A DNA stretch of 64,000 bases. Origin: Raillietiella orientalis (lineage: Eukaryota). Below, in pieces: positions 48,301 through 62,200 of the stretch (positions are counted from its first letter, which is position 1; each line of letters opens with the position of its first letter). The notes below the pieces were generated by a model that was given only the letters and a program-made list of their open reading frames with translations, was not told where the DNA came from and did not search any database. A program made the position numbers and the translations under genes. Location: assembly GCA_036172245.1 (NCBI GenBank), contig JAYWIR010000040.1, positions 124,001 through 188,000 of the forward strand, read 5' to 3'.

Positions 48301-49784
48301 TTTCGCTACCTCAGAGCAAATGTCACCCTATGCGGTCCTTATGCAACCTACAAACATCAGTGTATTCATGCTGCCAACTACGTCCTTGATACTTAAAGGT
48401 ACACGGAGAACATGAGTCCTTATTAGTAAACAGCATGCTTGCACTTTTCGCATATGCAGTTGTTCATACCACAATGGTTGACGGTCAGCCAGTCCCTGAT
48501 GAGGATTTATACTATTTAACCGAGATAAAGCATCCCTCTGAATCCCAACGAGCTAGAATATCATCCCAGACAAACCATCTAACTCCCAAGGGAACGTTCA
48601 TGCAGCCATTTTACCACCAGTGCTTTCGACTGACCCTGCAGACACCACGTCGGTATGTAAGCACGCGATTAGCGTAAAGCAGAATACCCTATAAAGGTAT
48701 AGCTCAAAGAGAAAAAATAGTGTAAGCAGCACGCACCTCAGACCATTAAGAAAGTACATTTTCAAAGTGGAAGAAAAGCCGATATCCCACTGCACTTATC
48801 AAAATGGAGACTTGGCAGCGGATGCCATAATTCGATTTCTCTCTCCACTGGCTGGAATCCATCGCAGTACGATTGCGTTCCAGCAAGTAATTATACTCTT
48901 TAATTACATCTTGGCGCAATACTGTTTTCATCTTGAGGAAATTATTAGTGTCGCCAACTCATTTACCAATATCATGCGGCTGTCCTCAAAATATCAGATC
49001 CAAGCTCGGTATGTAACCGGTAAGCGAAGAACTCTTTTCAGTTACGCAGATGCAGAATTCTACCTTGGAAACCTGGTCTTATTCATATTAGCAGTGGCAT
49101 TCTGACACACATGCGTAGAGGAACATCTGATGGACACCTTAGTTTGAACAACATTGAAAGTTTGTACGAAATCTTGTACCATGTCATGTCATCTTCAAAA
49201 TATCCTTGCAAATCATTGGACACGAAAAAATTTAGTTAGCACACATTAGCAAGCATACGCAATCAACATTTATGATGAGTCTAACCACTTATTTGTTACA
49301 TGGACTGAAAAGATTTAAGATTATATATCAATTAGAAAAAATTACACTCCATTTCATTGCCATCATGACTAATCAGCAATACCGTACAGCTTCCAACAAT
49401 TTCATGCGGCGATATCGTACGAGTCCAATTGTGAAAAGGAAGATTCGCTGGTTGACAGATTTCCGAGGAGTTGTTTCCACAAAATCCTCATCAGTAGTAA
49501 CATGCAATCCATCTTGCATGTTGCTTCCTCTACAATCAAGTTCATTTTAAAATTCAAAAGGTGTCTGCTATTATGCATATTTTGCAGAATTCTTTCCTTT
49601 TCTGATACTGACCAACCTTTCTAATGCTCATGTTTCATAAGAATAGGCTAGAGCTGGAGTTCGGTTTCAAGAATACATCTGCTTGGATATGTCTTGGTGC
49701 AAAGAGTATTTCCATGTTTAGCACCCTACGCCTACACAGGAGTACTTTCATAGCTAGAATGTAAATAAATAAATAATCTGGAGT

Positions 49785-49905
49785 CGCCCGCGCCGGAGAC
49801 CTTGTGGTTAAGGCTTCCTCGTGTGGCACTATGCTTCACTCCTGCAGAAACTCTGACGCCACTGCATCGTCGGGTTCCGAGTTTCTCCTGCGATGGCGCT
49901 GGTTG
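49785..49905 (+). other. tRNA/SINE-head-like structured sequence
   Basis: A-box-like TGTGGTTAAGG, B-box-like GGGTTCCGAGT, and a GAAACTC..GAGTTTC stem. No full cloverleaf was established. Confidence 0.3.
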
Positions 49906-50539
49906 GCCTAATCATTCGGGCGTGGCACCGGCGATGGATTAAGCCGGAGGCCCCAGATGAAGGCCGGAACAATGGGGGTCGACCTTCGGGTCCTTGCAGG
50001 AATCAAGGAGTGGGGAGTTTCCCTCCGGTCGTACAACGGAGAGCGCCTCCCCCTCCCCTCCCCCAATGGGGGACTCCTCCGGTTTCAAGATGGAGCAGGA
50101 GCCCTCACGGGCACCTCTCCAGCTGTTCAAAGGAGCGCACCTTCCCCGTTGCGGGGGGGACCCTCCGAGTCGTCGCCTCTTTACAGAGTGAAAGGAAGCA
50201 AGAAAGAGCGATTCTGCTGCGGGAAGCTGCAGCGCCCCTTCTGAGTTTTGAAAGGGTATCTTCGGGGTTCTCTTCAGAGAAGTGAACAGGAGCGGTTCCC
50301 TCCAGGTTCCCTCCGGAGAAGAAATTCCTGCTAGCGGATCCCTTTCTACGTTCCCTTCAGAAAAGTTGAAATCGAGAGACCCCCCCCCCCCCAGGGAGTG
50401 TCCCTCTGAAGAGAATGAGGAACGAGATTCCCTTTGGGTTCCCCTTCGGAGACAACCAGGGTTGGAGGTGCGATCCCTCCCAAGCGTGAGAGGAACGGAC
50501 TCCAAAGCCTCCCTGGATTCATAGGGCGGACCCCCATCC

Positions 50540-50900
50540 TAAGGTGTCTTAAATAATCTGATCATTTTACCACGAAGACTCCCGTGAGAAGATAAAGATC
50601 TATCTTCTAAACAGTTTTGAGAGCAAGCAGCGACTGCCCGCGCAATGAGCGATTGGTGGCAGTCGAGACAAGGAAGAGAAATGGCCTTTATTTTAGCAAG
50701 GATTGCACAAGTGAATCCACGAACCTCAGGACGCATCCATTCTTTCCGATGCTGACCCACGGATCCGAATATGCATGTCAAGAGATACCCCAGTCCTTCA
50801 AACCTTCTCGTTGATCTAGCAGAAAAGAAAGCATTCATGGTCATCGAGTTAAAAGCGCTCGTAATAGACCAGGTCCTCGTGTCATAGACCGGAAAGTATG
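50540..50900 (-). mobile_element. Possible DIRS-like RT remnant
   Basis: LKDWGIS*HAYSDPWV resembles DIRS L...GI....YLDDWL. Confidence 0.35.
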
Positions 50901-53900
50901 GTGCTCTCATTGGTTTCGTAGCATTGGCTCAGTGACCTTGACTAAGAGAATGCACCTCTGCTCACTGGAAGCTGGTACACTTGAGTCCCCGCACGCGGCA
51001 AGCAGAGCACCGCCGAGTGATCGCAAATTGCTCTCTTTGCTCACGCCTCTCAGGCATCGAACGTCGGTGAGAGGTCTTTACTGTTCCAAGCAGAATTTCC
51101 AATTGCGTCGGATCTTACGAAACCAAGGACCTCTTTGTTTTTCGAGAGCCGCAGCATTTACATGCTGCTTTTTACCTTTCTTCGATTGGAGCGTCCGTTT
51201 CCGTGCTGCTCTCTGCTTTGTAGAAGAATAGAGAAGAGCAGTCGGGACAACCTCCCCAGAAAGCGCAGCATGGCGACTCTTTGGAAACTTCAACTCCCAG
51301 CGCTAGAGAGAAGCGGAGAGAGGCGCAAGTTTCACGCTTTCCTCGGTAGATGGACAGATCGGGCGTGTCTTACCACGGGGAGGATGCAAGCACCACTGGA
51401 TAGGTGAGAAAGTCATACAAGCTCGCTGTTTTTGCTTCCAGTGACCCTCTTGAATAGGACGGAAAAGTACGCAAAAGTGGAGGCAATGCACCCATTGCGT
51501 TGTCTGTGAGACGAGGAACCTGCGTCGGAAGGGAAGTGGTGCTTCCCATCGAGAAACTTCTCCGCCACTCGGACACTTACTGACATAAATATGCATGGCC
51601 GAATGGCCGGATCTAACAGCTCAGAAGAGTAAGCCACCTTTTCTCTCCGCATCGAAATCCGAAAATCCTTCCAGACACTCTTTCAGAAGATACGTGAGTG
51701 CAATTCCTGCTCCCCACGCTGGCCGACGTGCGGAAAAAAAAAGGAACTTTAAAAGCAAGGTTATTCAGTCACAATTTCATTTTCATGAAACCGAGAAGAA
51801 TTTTGGATCATCAGTCTTAATGTGTGGTAATTAAGGAAAGCTATGTATCTTTCTCAGGAAATGTTTTGTCAGACATACAAAACTTTTACGCTCATTCGTT
51901 TCAGTCTGTGCTCTCTGAGATACTGAGATCAGTCCGTCGTGGCGGCCTTGTGGTTGCCGCTTTTGCGCACAGCAAGGTGTCGACGAATGCATAAAGTGAA
52001 GACCATAAGTTGATGACCTGAAGGAAGTTACAAGGCTGGGTGGGCCACCCGGCAAGAACTCAGAGCCTCATTTTCAACAAAATATTTGCATGGAACAAAA
52101 TGCTTAAACAGAAAGATGCAACAGTTGCAGATATTTTACTTTCAGAGTTTTTCAGACCGTTTACAGCCGAGATAACACTTATGGTTCATTCCTTAATGCA
52201 ACGAATTCAAAAGACAGGCCAAGCGCTTCCATTTCCCTGATGAGCCTGGTTGCGCCTCCTACTCAATAAAGAAGATCTTCTCTGACTTTTATCAGTCTGA
52301 TGTTTAAATGTGATCCCAGGAGTTTCGTCGATTTGCTCTGGTCTTTGAGCTGATGCTGAAAGTTTGCAGACACACTCTAGCCTCTTTGCTGTCCAACTCT
52401 GTTCGCATGTCTGCTATAGCGACTTTCTTCGATGAATGGTTTTTTCTTTTACCTATGTTGACTAGACAAACCGCTGTCGTAATCTCCCTCGCATTCATTT
52501 GGTTGCCTTGGTGAGCAGGCAAAAGTATGGAATGGAGACTTCCGTTGTTCACTTGCGTTTTTGGTAAAAATTTCCAAACAGAAGGCCTTGCGTCACCAAG
52601 GATCACACATGGGTTTCTTATTTCCTGAAAAAAATGGTCCATCTGTTTGGAAAACGCGCATTGTGCCACGAACTTCTTTCATTGCTTCAGAAGAGCACAG
52701 TAGATGAAATGTTCTTGTGAGACTTTCTTTCAATTCTTTATTCTGTGGATCTGAGAATGTCTTTGACGACTGAGCTCTTTAGCATACTGAGAAAAAACGT
52801 GGGTTTCTGAATGCCCCGTGAGCTCTTCCTCGATTTTGGATGTTTTATTCCATATAGCTCGATGTGTTCGTGTGCTGAAACACGATGGGCTGCTTCCTGC
52901 TGTAAGGATACACACAGAAAACTGACCTACATTCCTTGAAAAAAAAAAAGCTAGTTAGAAGCAAGAAATTCTATAGTTGATCTGTGAGTTCTTCCAGGAG
53001 TATTAAATGTGTATCACTGTTTCTTGGGTATTGATATTTGCGAAGACTGCATATGCTCCCAAGACTGCATTCCATAGCGCACTTCATTTTTAGATGCCGA
53101 AGTTCCGCGTTGCAGTTTTACTATGAAAGTGATGTGGTAGAAGTGGCATCTGCCAAAAGGGCTCCCAGGTTAGGACAGTACGAAATGTGACTGGTAGGTA
53201 CATGAATTTAGTAATCTTTCCCCACGAGCTTGCCTTCTTCAGTCACAGAGTGAAGACTCTTGTGTAATTCTGCATTTGAAGACAGAAAGATGTTCTGAGT
53301 ATTCTTGGATATTATCAGCGGTTGAGTGATGACTCTTAGAGAACAGTTTGAATTGATTAAGAATCATGGACACACTGGATAATCTTTAAATCAATCAGAA
53401 AATGCATCACTGTGTTTCAATTTTTCCCGGGCATCGTGATGTAATCTCCGAAGAGTACATAAAAATGCAACTTTTTGGCATGTGTACAGAATGTGTAGAC
53501 TTTGTCAGAAAAGTTCCTTGTTTTTCCTCCATGTGGATTTTCACACGTTTTTAACGAGGACAGTGCAACCCGGGGATTCATGCATTCGATGTACTTTCAG
53601 ATCGACAGTAAGAAGCATAGCTAGTGCTTCTATGCATGCCATATGAAAAGTGTAAGTATATAACTTCTTACATAACTCGCATGCTTTTACTTCACCAGCA
53701 TCACCATTGCACTGAAAAGCAATGTGGAAATGTGGAGAGATGTTATGTTGGAGCTCTAATGAATTCAGCAAAGCTTTTTATCATTGTGTTGCTAAAGGAT
53801 CTGTCTCTTTTTGCTTTCCACTGGCCTTGTTCGTTACCCACTACTTCCTTCGAACGATGTAGCTTCTGCACGTAGCTAGTTTCGCCATGCTCTTAAGATG

Positions 53901-54619
53901 TGCCATTCAAGGTTCTATTAAGCTTTCATGATGCTTTTGACAAATAGGGTATTTCCCACGAAAAAATTTCCTTTCACCAGTTATAGATTCCATTTTATTA
54001 TTTTCCCATGTTTCATTACGGTTTTATCTCTTCTTAATGCGACTGATCGCGCAAAGAGAACAAGTGCAGATCAGAAGCTCTTCATGGAGCTTATCTCCTT
54101 GTAACACATACTAAATGCCCTTAAAATTCACATACATTGGATCTCAGGATTCGTTCCTATGTATGTCAACACAAAGTCACATTTGTCAATCTCCAAGGTC
54201 ACGATCTGTGGAAAATTTTGCTGAAGGCGAGCAATAACTCATCATCGATCAATACTTTTGTGATCACACATTTCAATCTTCACAAATCGAGCACCCTGTG
54301 TTGTAGTAAATGCACCTGTATCCTGGATGTGCAGGTCCCAATATTTACATTTCTCATAGCTTTCTTTTTTTCGGTAGGGATGATTGCTTGCGTTTAATGG
54401 AGAAGTAAATGCAGTGAGAAACTTTAGTATTGATTACTTTAGTATTGAGTTTACTCTCGAGGAAGAAATTTCCCCAAGAAACTGTAAAATCTCTCTTTTA
54501 CTTTTACGCTCAGGAGAAGGCAAAATTGAGCCATCGTACCCATGAAAATCAGAACTGAGTTTTTCACCCGGATAAGCGGGGACTTTTATTTTTAAAATTC
54601 TACATTATTTGTTACAATT

Positions 54620-55560
54620 AAATTTAGTCTTTTAAGCACTGTTTCTTCCAGAACACATGGTTCTGGAAGTGTTTTTTCACATACCGACCCGCTGGCCGGT
54701 GTGGTACTCTACACGGACGGAAGGGACGGGAAAAGAAAAAAGAAACAAAAGACAAAAAAAGAAAAAACGCTGGGGGACAAAGTTTTATGGGGTGGAGAGG
54801 AATGGGATGGGATCACTGCTTGCCGGAAGGAGTCCCCTGCATCCGGTTTCGGGCAAATGCCGGTTGAATTGCCCTTAACCGGCGCCATCGGCATGCTTTC
54901 TCCATGGAGAGGAATGCCCAATGAATGGCGTTCCGGCTTCTACGTCCTCTCCTCGATGCCTTTCACTTTTCCAGTATTCCGCGTATGCAGCGGAGAACTG
55001 CAGCACACGCGGCTGCTGGCAGGGAGTTCCGCGTCATGAGACGACGGAAAATGTCTTTTGTGTCGCCCACCGGAATGTTCACAATCGACGAGAGTCGATC
55101 CCACATGCGGCGGAGGGCGACACACTCGATAGGTAGGTGGTTGAAGGTCTTCCTATCCCTGCACCCTGCACAATTGGCATCCACACTCTCTGATGTGCAG
55201 TGGAAGAGGCGTGCTCTGTCAAAGAGCCCCCAATGGAACACTAGCAGCGCTATCTCTTGCCGCTCTAGGGGGAAAGTGCTGTTGTCCCAATGCGTTGGGG
55301 CCACTTCTCCTCCTCCGGAGGTATGCCGAGTAGCTCGCCCCAGCGCACAAGTCCGTTAGGCGGGATACTAGGGGTTGCAGCGTCCTAATATTCCCGAGAT
55401 GTCCACACCTTCAAGAGTTTTCTTCTGCTTCTGATGAGGTAGAACACTTCCCACGATGCCTTCTGTCGGCTGTTCCCAGCGTTTATTAGGGTGGGCAGCA
55501 AGGGGGCAGAACTGAGTTACATGTGGCTTGCAAAGCTTTTTGCCACAACTCTTTCTTTAC
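54620..55560 (-). mobile_element. Tx1/L1-like ORF2 3' end with T-rich 3'UTR and terminal hairpin
   Basis: ALLVFHWGL..CAGCRDRKTFNHLPIECVALRRMW. T-rich tract (A-rich on +) at 54730-54768. Hairpin cttccagaac-acatg-gttctggaag at 54645-54669. Confidence 0.8.
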
Positions 55561-56299
55561 ATACCAGAGTTTTCAAAATCATCAAAGATTTCATGCAGCA
55601 TTAAATAGCTACTCATATCTCTTCAAGTTCGCGAGGCAACCAACAGCATCTGAACTAGGCTTTCTGTCTTTTTAAGACACCATACTTTACGCATCACTAC
55701 GCACCTTACAAAATGATGCATTCTGGTGAATATCGCCATTTCTTGCACATTGCTACAAATCGCTACGCGCTGAGAAGTCCGTGTTGCAATTTGCAAAACA
55801 GGACGCACCTTCTTGGTGCACCCGCCTTGAGCTTTATTTTTATCCAAGTGATGGTGCAGGAGAGATTCCACTTCACCTGTAGGCAACTGCCACTGCTTTC
55901 CCACAGGGAATACAGTTCTTTGGTGGAACACGTGGCAAACGAACGTGGCCATTTCGTCGGTTTGTCTACGACTCTGTGCAAATATAGCCTATCCAGCCGC
56001 AGAAGAGGCACGGAATTTTCAGAGCTCATGCTGTTTGAGCAACATCACTTGGCCGCGATCACTGCCGCCGAGCACGAAAAAGTATGCAAGGTGGCAGGTG
56101 ATCGATTCGTTAAGATTCAGCAGGGTGGCAACCTGCATAAGGGTAAACCACGAGAGCTTTATGCATTTCCTGTAGCGAAAAAAGGGCATGCTAAAATACG
56201 AAGACAGTGGATACCTGGGACGTAACAATGGAGATTCAGAACAGAAAAAAACCTTCCTTCTCCTTGGTGATTTACACGCAACCTCTCCCTGGAAGATCT

Positions 56300-59200
56300 G
56301 TTGCAACACTGGGCAATGAGTGGTCTTTTAACTGCTCCTCTTCCGAGCAGCCTACGGAGTTACTTATGGAAAGCGTGAGAGTTTTTCTGACCTACCGTTC
56401 CCCCTATGCAACTCTGTGCTGTTAATCTACAGAAGGAGCTGCACAGTTGAAAGGCAGTGGCGACCTTGAATGAGTTCGTTGCACATGCTTTCAAAGCTTT
56501 GGACTCATTAGATGACAACAGGGAGAAACTAAGGAAAACAATGTGGTTAACTGCTTCTAGTAGTAAAAAACCGCACTATTGAAAGTTAGTTTGCCATCGC
56601 TGTGTGCGGTTTTCCGAATTCCCAGGTGATTCCTAAAAATTCTGCTAAGGAAGATGCTAAAGGTTTCGTAGAGACTGTTTTAAATGACGCAGCTTCAGAG
56701 GCAGCCAAAATAATATCTTACAGTTTGCTCACAGGGCTTGAGGTTAGTGCTCTTCCGCTACCCTGCAAAGCATGAAGAAATGAAATTCCCCTGTTAACTG
56801 CAGCAGCAACTTCCAAAATGAAACTTCCACGGCTCTCGTGAGTTCAAATGCAGGACTGCTGCTCGGTCCAATTTTCCGCTCACGAAGCCCGCCGGCCGTT
56901 TCTACAAACAAGAAAGGCTGGTGCCAATGCTCCCAATGAGCGAAAAACAGGGTATTTGTCAGGTTTAAGAACACATGAATGCCAAAGCCACTACTACCCT
57001 GTTTCCTCGATGCTTCTGTTGAAAGACCTTGGGCTTCGATTTAGCATTCTGGAAGATTAAGCAAAAATTCTTTGGATGGTAAGCCGAAAGCAGGAAATCG
57101 CTTGCTGAATGCAGCACTAAGCTGAAGACGTAAGCAGCTCAAACGGAGGCTTCAATGCAGCTGCAATTCATTCCTACTTTGTCGACTACTTTGTCACCAA
57201 GCCCGCAATGTGACCCTGATTGCGGGACTGGCAATCCTTCTTCTGGCGGAGTGCGAACCTGCGGAAACTTCGATCTAACATCGCGACTCTCTTTGTAGGT
57301 TAAGGAAAGCACCAGCAGACAAGGCTTGGCTTTCTTCGCACTGCTGACATCTTACAATAAATCGCTTCAAGAACGAGCTCAATTGATGCCAGGATTGACA
57401 AAAATGGGTTTCGCTTTCATGTGTCAACTTGTTTATTGGTTTGCTGTACAGTGGACATTTAGGATCTTGTAGAACCCTTGGGACGGTACTTTCAGAGTGC
57501 GCAAGACCTAAGAAAAGGAACGTGCCAAAGGGTATCTTATTTTTCGTCTTGCATTGGCTATTGTCCGCAAGCAAGATGGAGAACCAATCGTTTATTTTAT
57601 TTTTCCGATTGACGCTCCAGATTGCGATCATGGAATCCGGATTATCATTTAATGGCAATTCAAATAGTGTTTCATGGTTGTTGCAGAGTGAGTCCACCTA
57701 CATGCTACTGGCACATACCATCCCATGCTAAGGATTTAGCACGCGGTGCCCTATTTCCAAAGTATTCGTCAATTGTTCATGCTGATCCTCTTACCGATGT
57801 TAATTTTTTTTCTTCTGTAATCAAAAACTGTGCGATAGTGTTTTGTGAAGAGGCCTCCTAGGACGATCACCCCTTCCTCTGCTCCGATATCTTCCATGAG
57901 GAATTCACAGATGGGTTCCGTTGTACTGTGATCAGGCAGCTGAAAATATCTTTGATTCTGCCAGAGGTGGGAAATATTACCTCTACTAGGAATTCGTCTG
58001 GGAAGAACGTAAAGACTTTGCCACTGATGGTCAATGTGATATTGTTATTTTTACAGGCACAAGGTACCTAAGCGTCCTATGTGTTCGAAAAAATTCATAA
58101 TTGCTCACTTACTAGAAAGCTATTAGCTGTTCCGCATTTCCTATTGAATGAAGTGACGAATATTTCGTATTCCTTTTCGGAAAATCCGATTCCCCTGATG
58201 GAAAAATCGAAAATTGCAATGCACGGACGACAAATATAATGTTCGCCTAACCTAAAACTGGAAGACGAGATTTCCATCTGATTTAAAATGCACACAATCT
58301 TTAATGTACCTTTCCACTGGCAATGCCCATTGTGAGTCGTTGGCAGTTTTTTGATGTAGAAAAGGTCTCGCCTCAATACGGCGTCCGAAAATCAGGGTTG
58401 CATCATGCCTTTCCCAGGGATACCTGCAAAGTTTGTTCAATGCACTGTAATCTTATGAGTGAAAACCAAAATATTAAGTAGTGCTCATTTCCTCTTAAAA
58501 TTTTCTAACGATTAAAATTTGCATAGAAGTTTGTGAACGATGTGCTTCCCCTTCCATCATTGGTTCTAAGAAATGACAAAAAGTGGCAGCGAAAGAATAG
58601 CTAGATAATGGATGAGCTGTGTGTCTCCGGAGGTGTTTTAGCTCCATGGAATGGGACGGCAATCACCTCTCTAGGAAGAACCTCCTTCAGAACTGCAGCC
58701 ATTTCCGATGAGGTGCTTTTTTTTTTTTGATTTGTTCCAACAGTCCGTTGAGGCGCAATGCGAACGAAGTGTATTGCCAGCGATTCCAATCCTTCTCTTC
58801 GTGCAAGAAAAGATACTTGTGAAGCCACAAAATTTGATGGCACTCCGATTTAGGGTAAATAGAATGAAATTTCAGTTTCCGTTTACCTAATGTTTTAGAA
58901 TGGTATACACTTAATTGTACCTCTTGAAAATACCGCACACAAGATGGCAATCCATCTGATCCGTCTGAGAGCAGCCCGTCAAATCCATAGGTTGCCAATC
59001 AAGGAAATAGAATTAAGTTATAGAAGACTCGCTTCCTAGCCGACAACCCTCACGAGGTAGTGCAGAACGTGGATCTCTCTTTGCAATTGTTCTTCCGTCT
59101 TTCCGACATGGGAAGTAGTGGCCGATTTCGGAGGTGCACCAATACCGGGTCAATTCGCGACAAAAGAGGAGCAAGTATCAAGCATCCCTTTCATTTCAAA

Positions 59201-62200
59201 AACGTAAATAATTTACTGGCTTCCAGATAGGCGATGTATCAGATATCAAGCTGATAAGAAGAGATTTCGTTTTATCAATCCTACAGTTCATTTTAGAAGT
59301 TCGATAATGTGGCTCTGCCGTAGAAGAGCTCTGCCTATGCTGTCTTTAGCACTGAGTTCAGGAGGAACTCAAGTGAAAGAATTTGCTCAGTACATTCGAC
59401 TTTAGATGGGAAAATACATTTTTAATGTAAGGAAATCATTTCATCCATCAGGAAATTTTCATCGTACCAAGTAGCGTATACTGCCCCCGATCACAAAAGA
59501 AAAAATTAACAATTTGAGTACGAGCACTGATCCTGGTTCCCTATTGTAGAACAAGCAAAGTAGAATCACTTTTGCTTCAATCTCCTGATGTTTTGGCATA
59601 TGTTCGTATTGTGCTTTGGTGGTAATGAAAATTGTCATCAAAAGTTGCGATGAAAGCCAGTGCGAATCTTGCATGTCATTCCAGATACCATGGAATCAGA
59701 AAAGAAAATTATCTTCTAAGGGATGAAGTGAACTTTCAAGAGACACTGCGCTCAATTTGAAATCATGCACACTACACGAAGTTCTGCATTTGGGCCATCA
59801 TACGAGATCTGGTGAAATGGCTGCATCATCAGATTCAAAGTTGAAAGAGTGTTCAACAAGCATAGATAGTACGTGCAGCGAAAATTTGGTTTTCAGCAAT
59901 TTCCCGGCTTGGGCAGCGTGGCTCGTTGATGACCGTAAAGCCGTGACGAATCCCTGACCCAACCTAATTTCGAACGCGCTTTCTGAAAAAAGATATTGTG
60001 CTCAAGGAAAGCCGTGTCGAGTACACTAGTGTTCACATAAAACCGAGAGAAAAGGAATCGTACGCAAAATGAAATTGTTCCTGTTCTGTTACAAATAACA
60101 AATTCATCCAACCGTGTAACGACAAATTTGTGCTGGAGCATTACCTGCCATGATCAATGGAAATCGTTGGAGGCATTTTTGGATTCATGGATTTCAACCT
60201 CTGAAACCACTACATGTTTCTGCATTCTTTGTCTAGCAGCTTCGGAGAGACTCCTAAGAATCCTTGGTAAGATGTGTAAAACGCTCCCTCAGAGCTAGAA
60301 ACTTGCCAGAATTTCTGATTTATAACAAGCTGATTTCCTATCTGGAAGTAAAGGACAAGTGCCTTCATCAACTGAGAGTACAAATTACTATGTGCCGTGC
60401 ATCAAGCTGACAGAAATAGAAAAATCACATGTATACACAAAAGATGCGCACAACTTCCACTGGTGTCCTAGCTAACTTTGCATAGAGACTTTCATCTCTT
60501 GAGGGTCCGGTGTTAGTCGGTGCTTTAGAAAGCTAGTTTGATTCGCCAATAGTGCAAGTCATTTGAGAAACTCTGTATAACGTCGTTCTCTGATGCAAAC
60601 ATGATCACCAGCTGGCAGATTGCAAATTCGTTATGTAAAAGAGAATAACACGAGAGATGGCATGGTATCGTTTCTTGTTAGTATCACTTACAACTACTTG
60701 TGGGAAGATTGATTCTTTCAGTGTAGCAATTTACGTATGGAATCTCACCGTGATGTCGTCTTCTCCCAAAGTGATGTTATAGTTGTCCGTATCGCTTCCA
60801 AAGCTCTCTTGGAAACTGCTCCCTTTGAAGTTGATGAAAGTGCAAGAGTCCTCTATTGAATGTCCTGGAAACCATAAAATGTAACCACAAACTATTCTAA
60901 GCCAAAATTATCTCTTACCATGAGCCTTGTTCAATGAAAATAGAATAATGGAGTCAAAAGCTGCATGAGGAAGCAAAGCCATCCTTAGTTCTGGAATTCC
61001 TATGTTGAGTTTTAAATACGAATGCTGAAAAAAATAAAGATGGACAACTTTGAACTCAATATGCACACTATTGGGCTTAATTATTGCTTGCAACCTATTT
61101 TCACATTTCTTATTCCCGAATTTGCATATTATACTAACAAGATCAATGGTCTGTCTTCCGAATCAAAGGATGGAATATACCAGTTCCACAGGCTTCTCGA
61201 GTGTTAATCGTTAACTACGTTTACACCTATGTGTTTGAAAAAATTCTTATCTGAGTGAGGGAAAGGGAAAGACTGTTGTTCAGCTAGAAGGCCTGCCTCA
61301 CTCGGAGAATCTTGGAAACAAATAAAAAAGAGATCTGGCCGCAAGGAACAACACCCTCAGTCAAGATATTCGTGATACTTTGCTGTACAGAAGAGAACTG
61401 CTTACTCCATAACATTATGATACGACAGCGCACTTGGCATTATACATGCACCAAACAGTCCAAGCGGCTGTGTCCTTTGCAATTTTCCCACTCCTCAGCT
61501 TCGATTGCATCCACAGTCAACCCTACCACAGTTAACGATGTATGTGCCTGGTACAACACACCGTGAACACTCATATCAACAAATTCGGCCTCGCTTTCTA
61601 ATGACAGTGCAGACGTCACCCCGTATTCTTCTGCAAGTCTAAATGCAAAAGCGAGCGCAATAATCCCAATTTTTAGGGATATAAACTCAAATTAGCATGC
61701 AAATGGAAACGCAACAGAAAAAAAACACAGCCCAAACAAAAGTCACTCCCGATATTTGGAATAAATGTTTGATTGCTAAGAAGGCAACAGATCTGTGGCA
61801 GCACGTTGTGGGTAGAGCACTTTTATTATGTAAAACTAACATGAAATTGACACAACGAAACAAGGAAAGAATGGTGACCGGATTTCTTACCGCACCATCA
61901 GTGAATAGGGGAACCTCGAACCATCCGTCCTTTTCCTCTGGTGATTTCGCTCGTGCATTCCAATTTCCAAGTTGGCTTGCATGAGACCTCTTGAGTTCGA
62001 CAGAACCATCCCTTTTTTCCTCACTACTCATCAGGAAGTGTGCGGAAGCGTGGGGTGTTCTGCGATGAAGACAATCGGTGACAGTGTTTTCAATATTTGA
62101 AATCCATTCAAGACGAAATTCGATACAGCATACTCCTCATCGTGGTCATCCTAACTTCTATAGAATTACATAGCAGCATGATTTGATATGCGATCGTGCA

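Noticed and set aside
52236..52260. Hammerhead ribozyme at CTGATGAG (also at about 39564)
   Set aside because: No matching GAAA core or stems were found.
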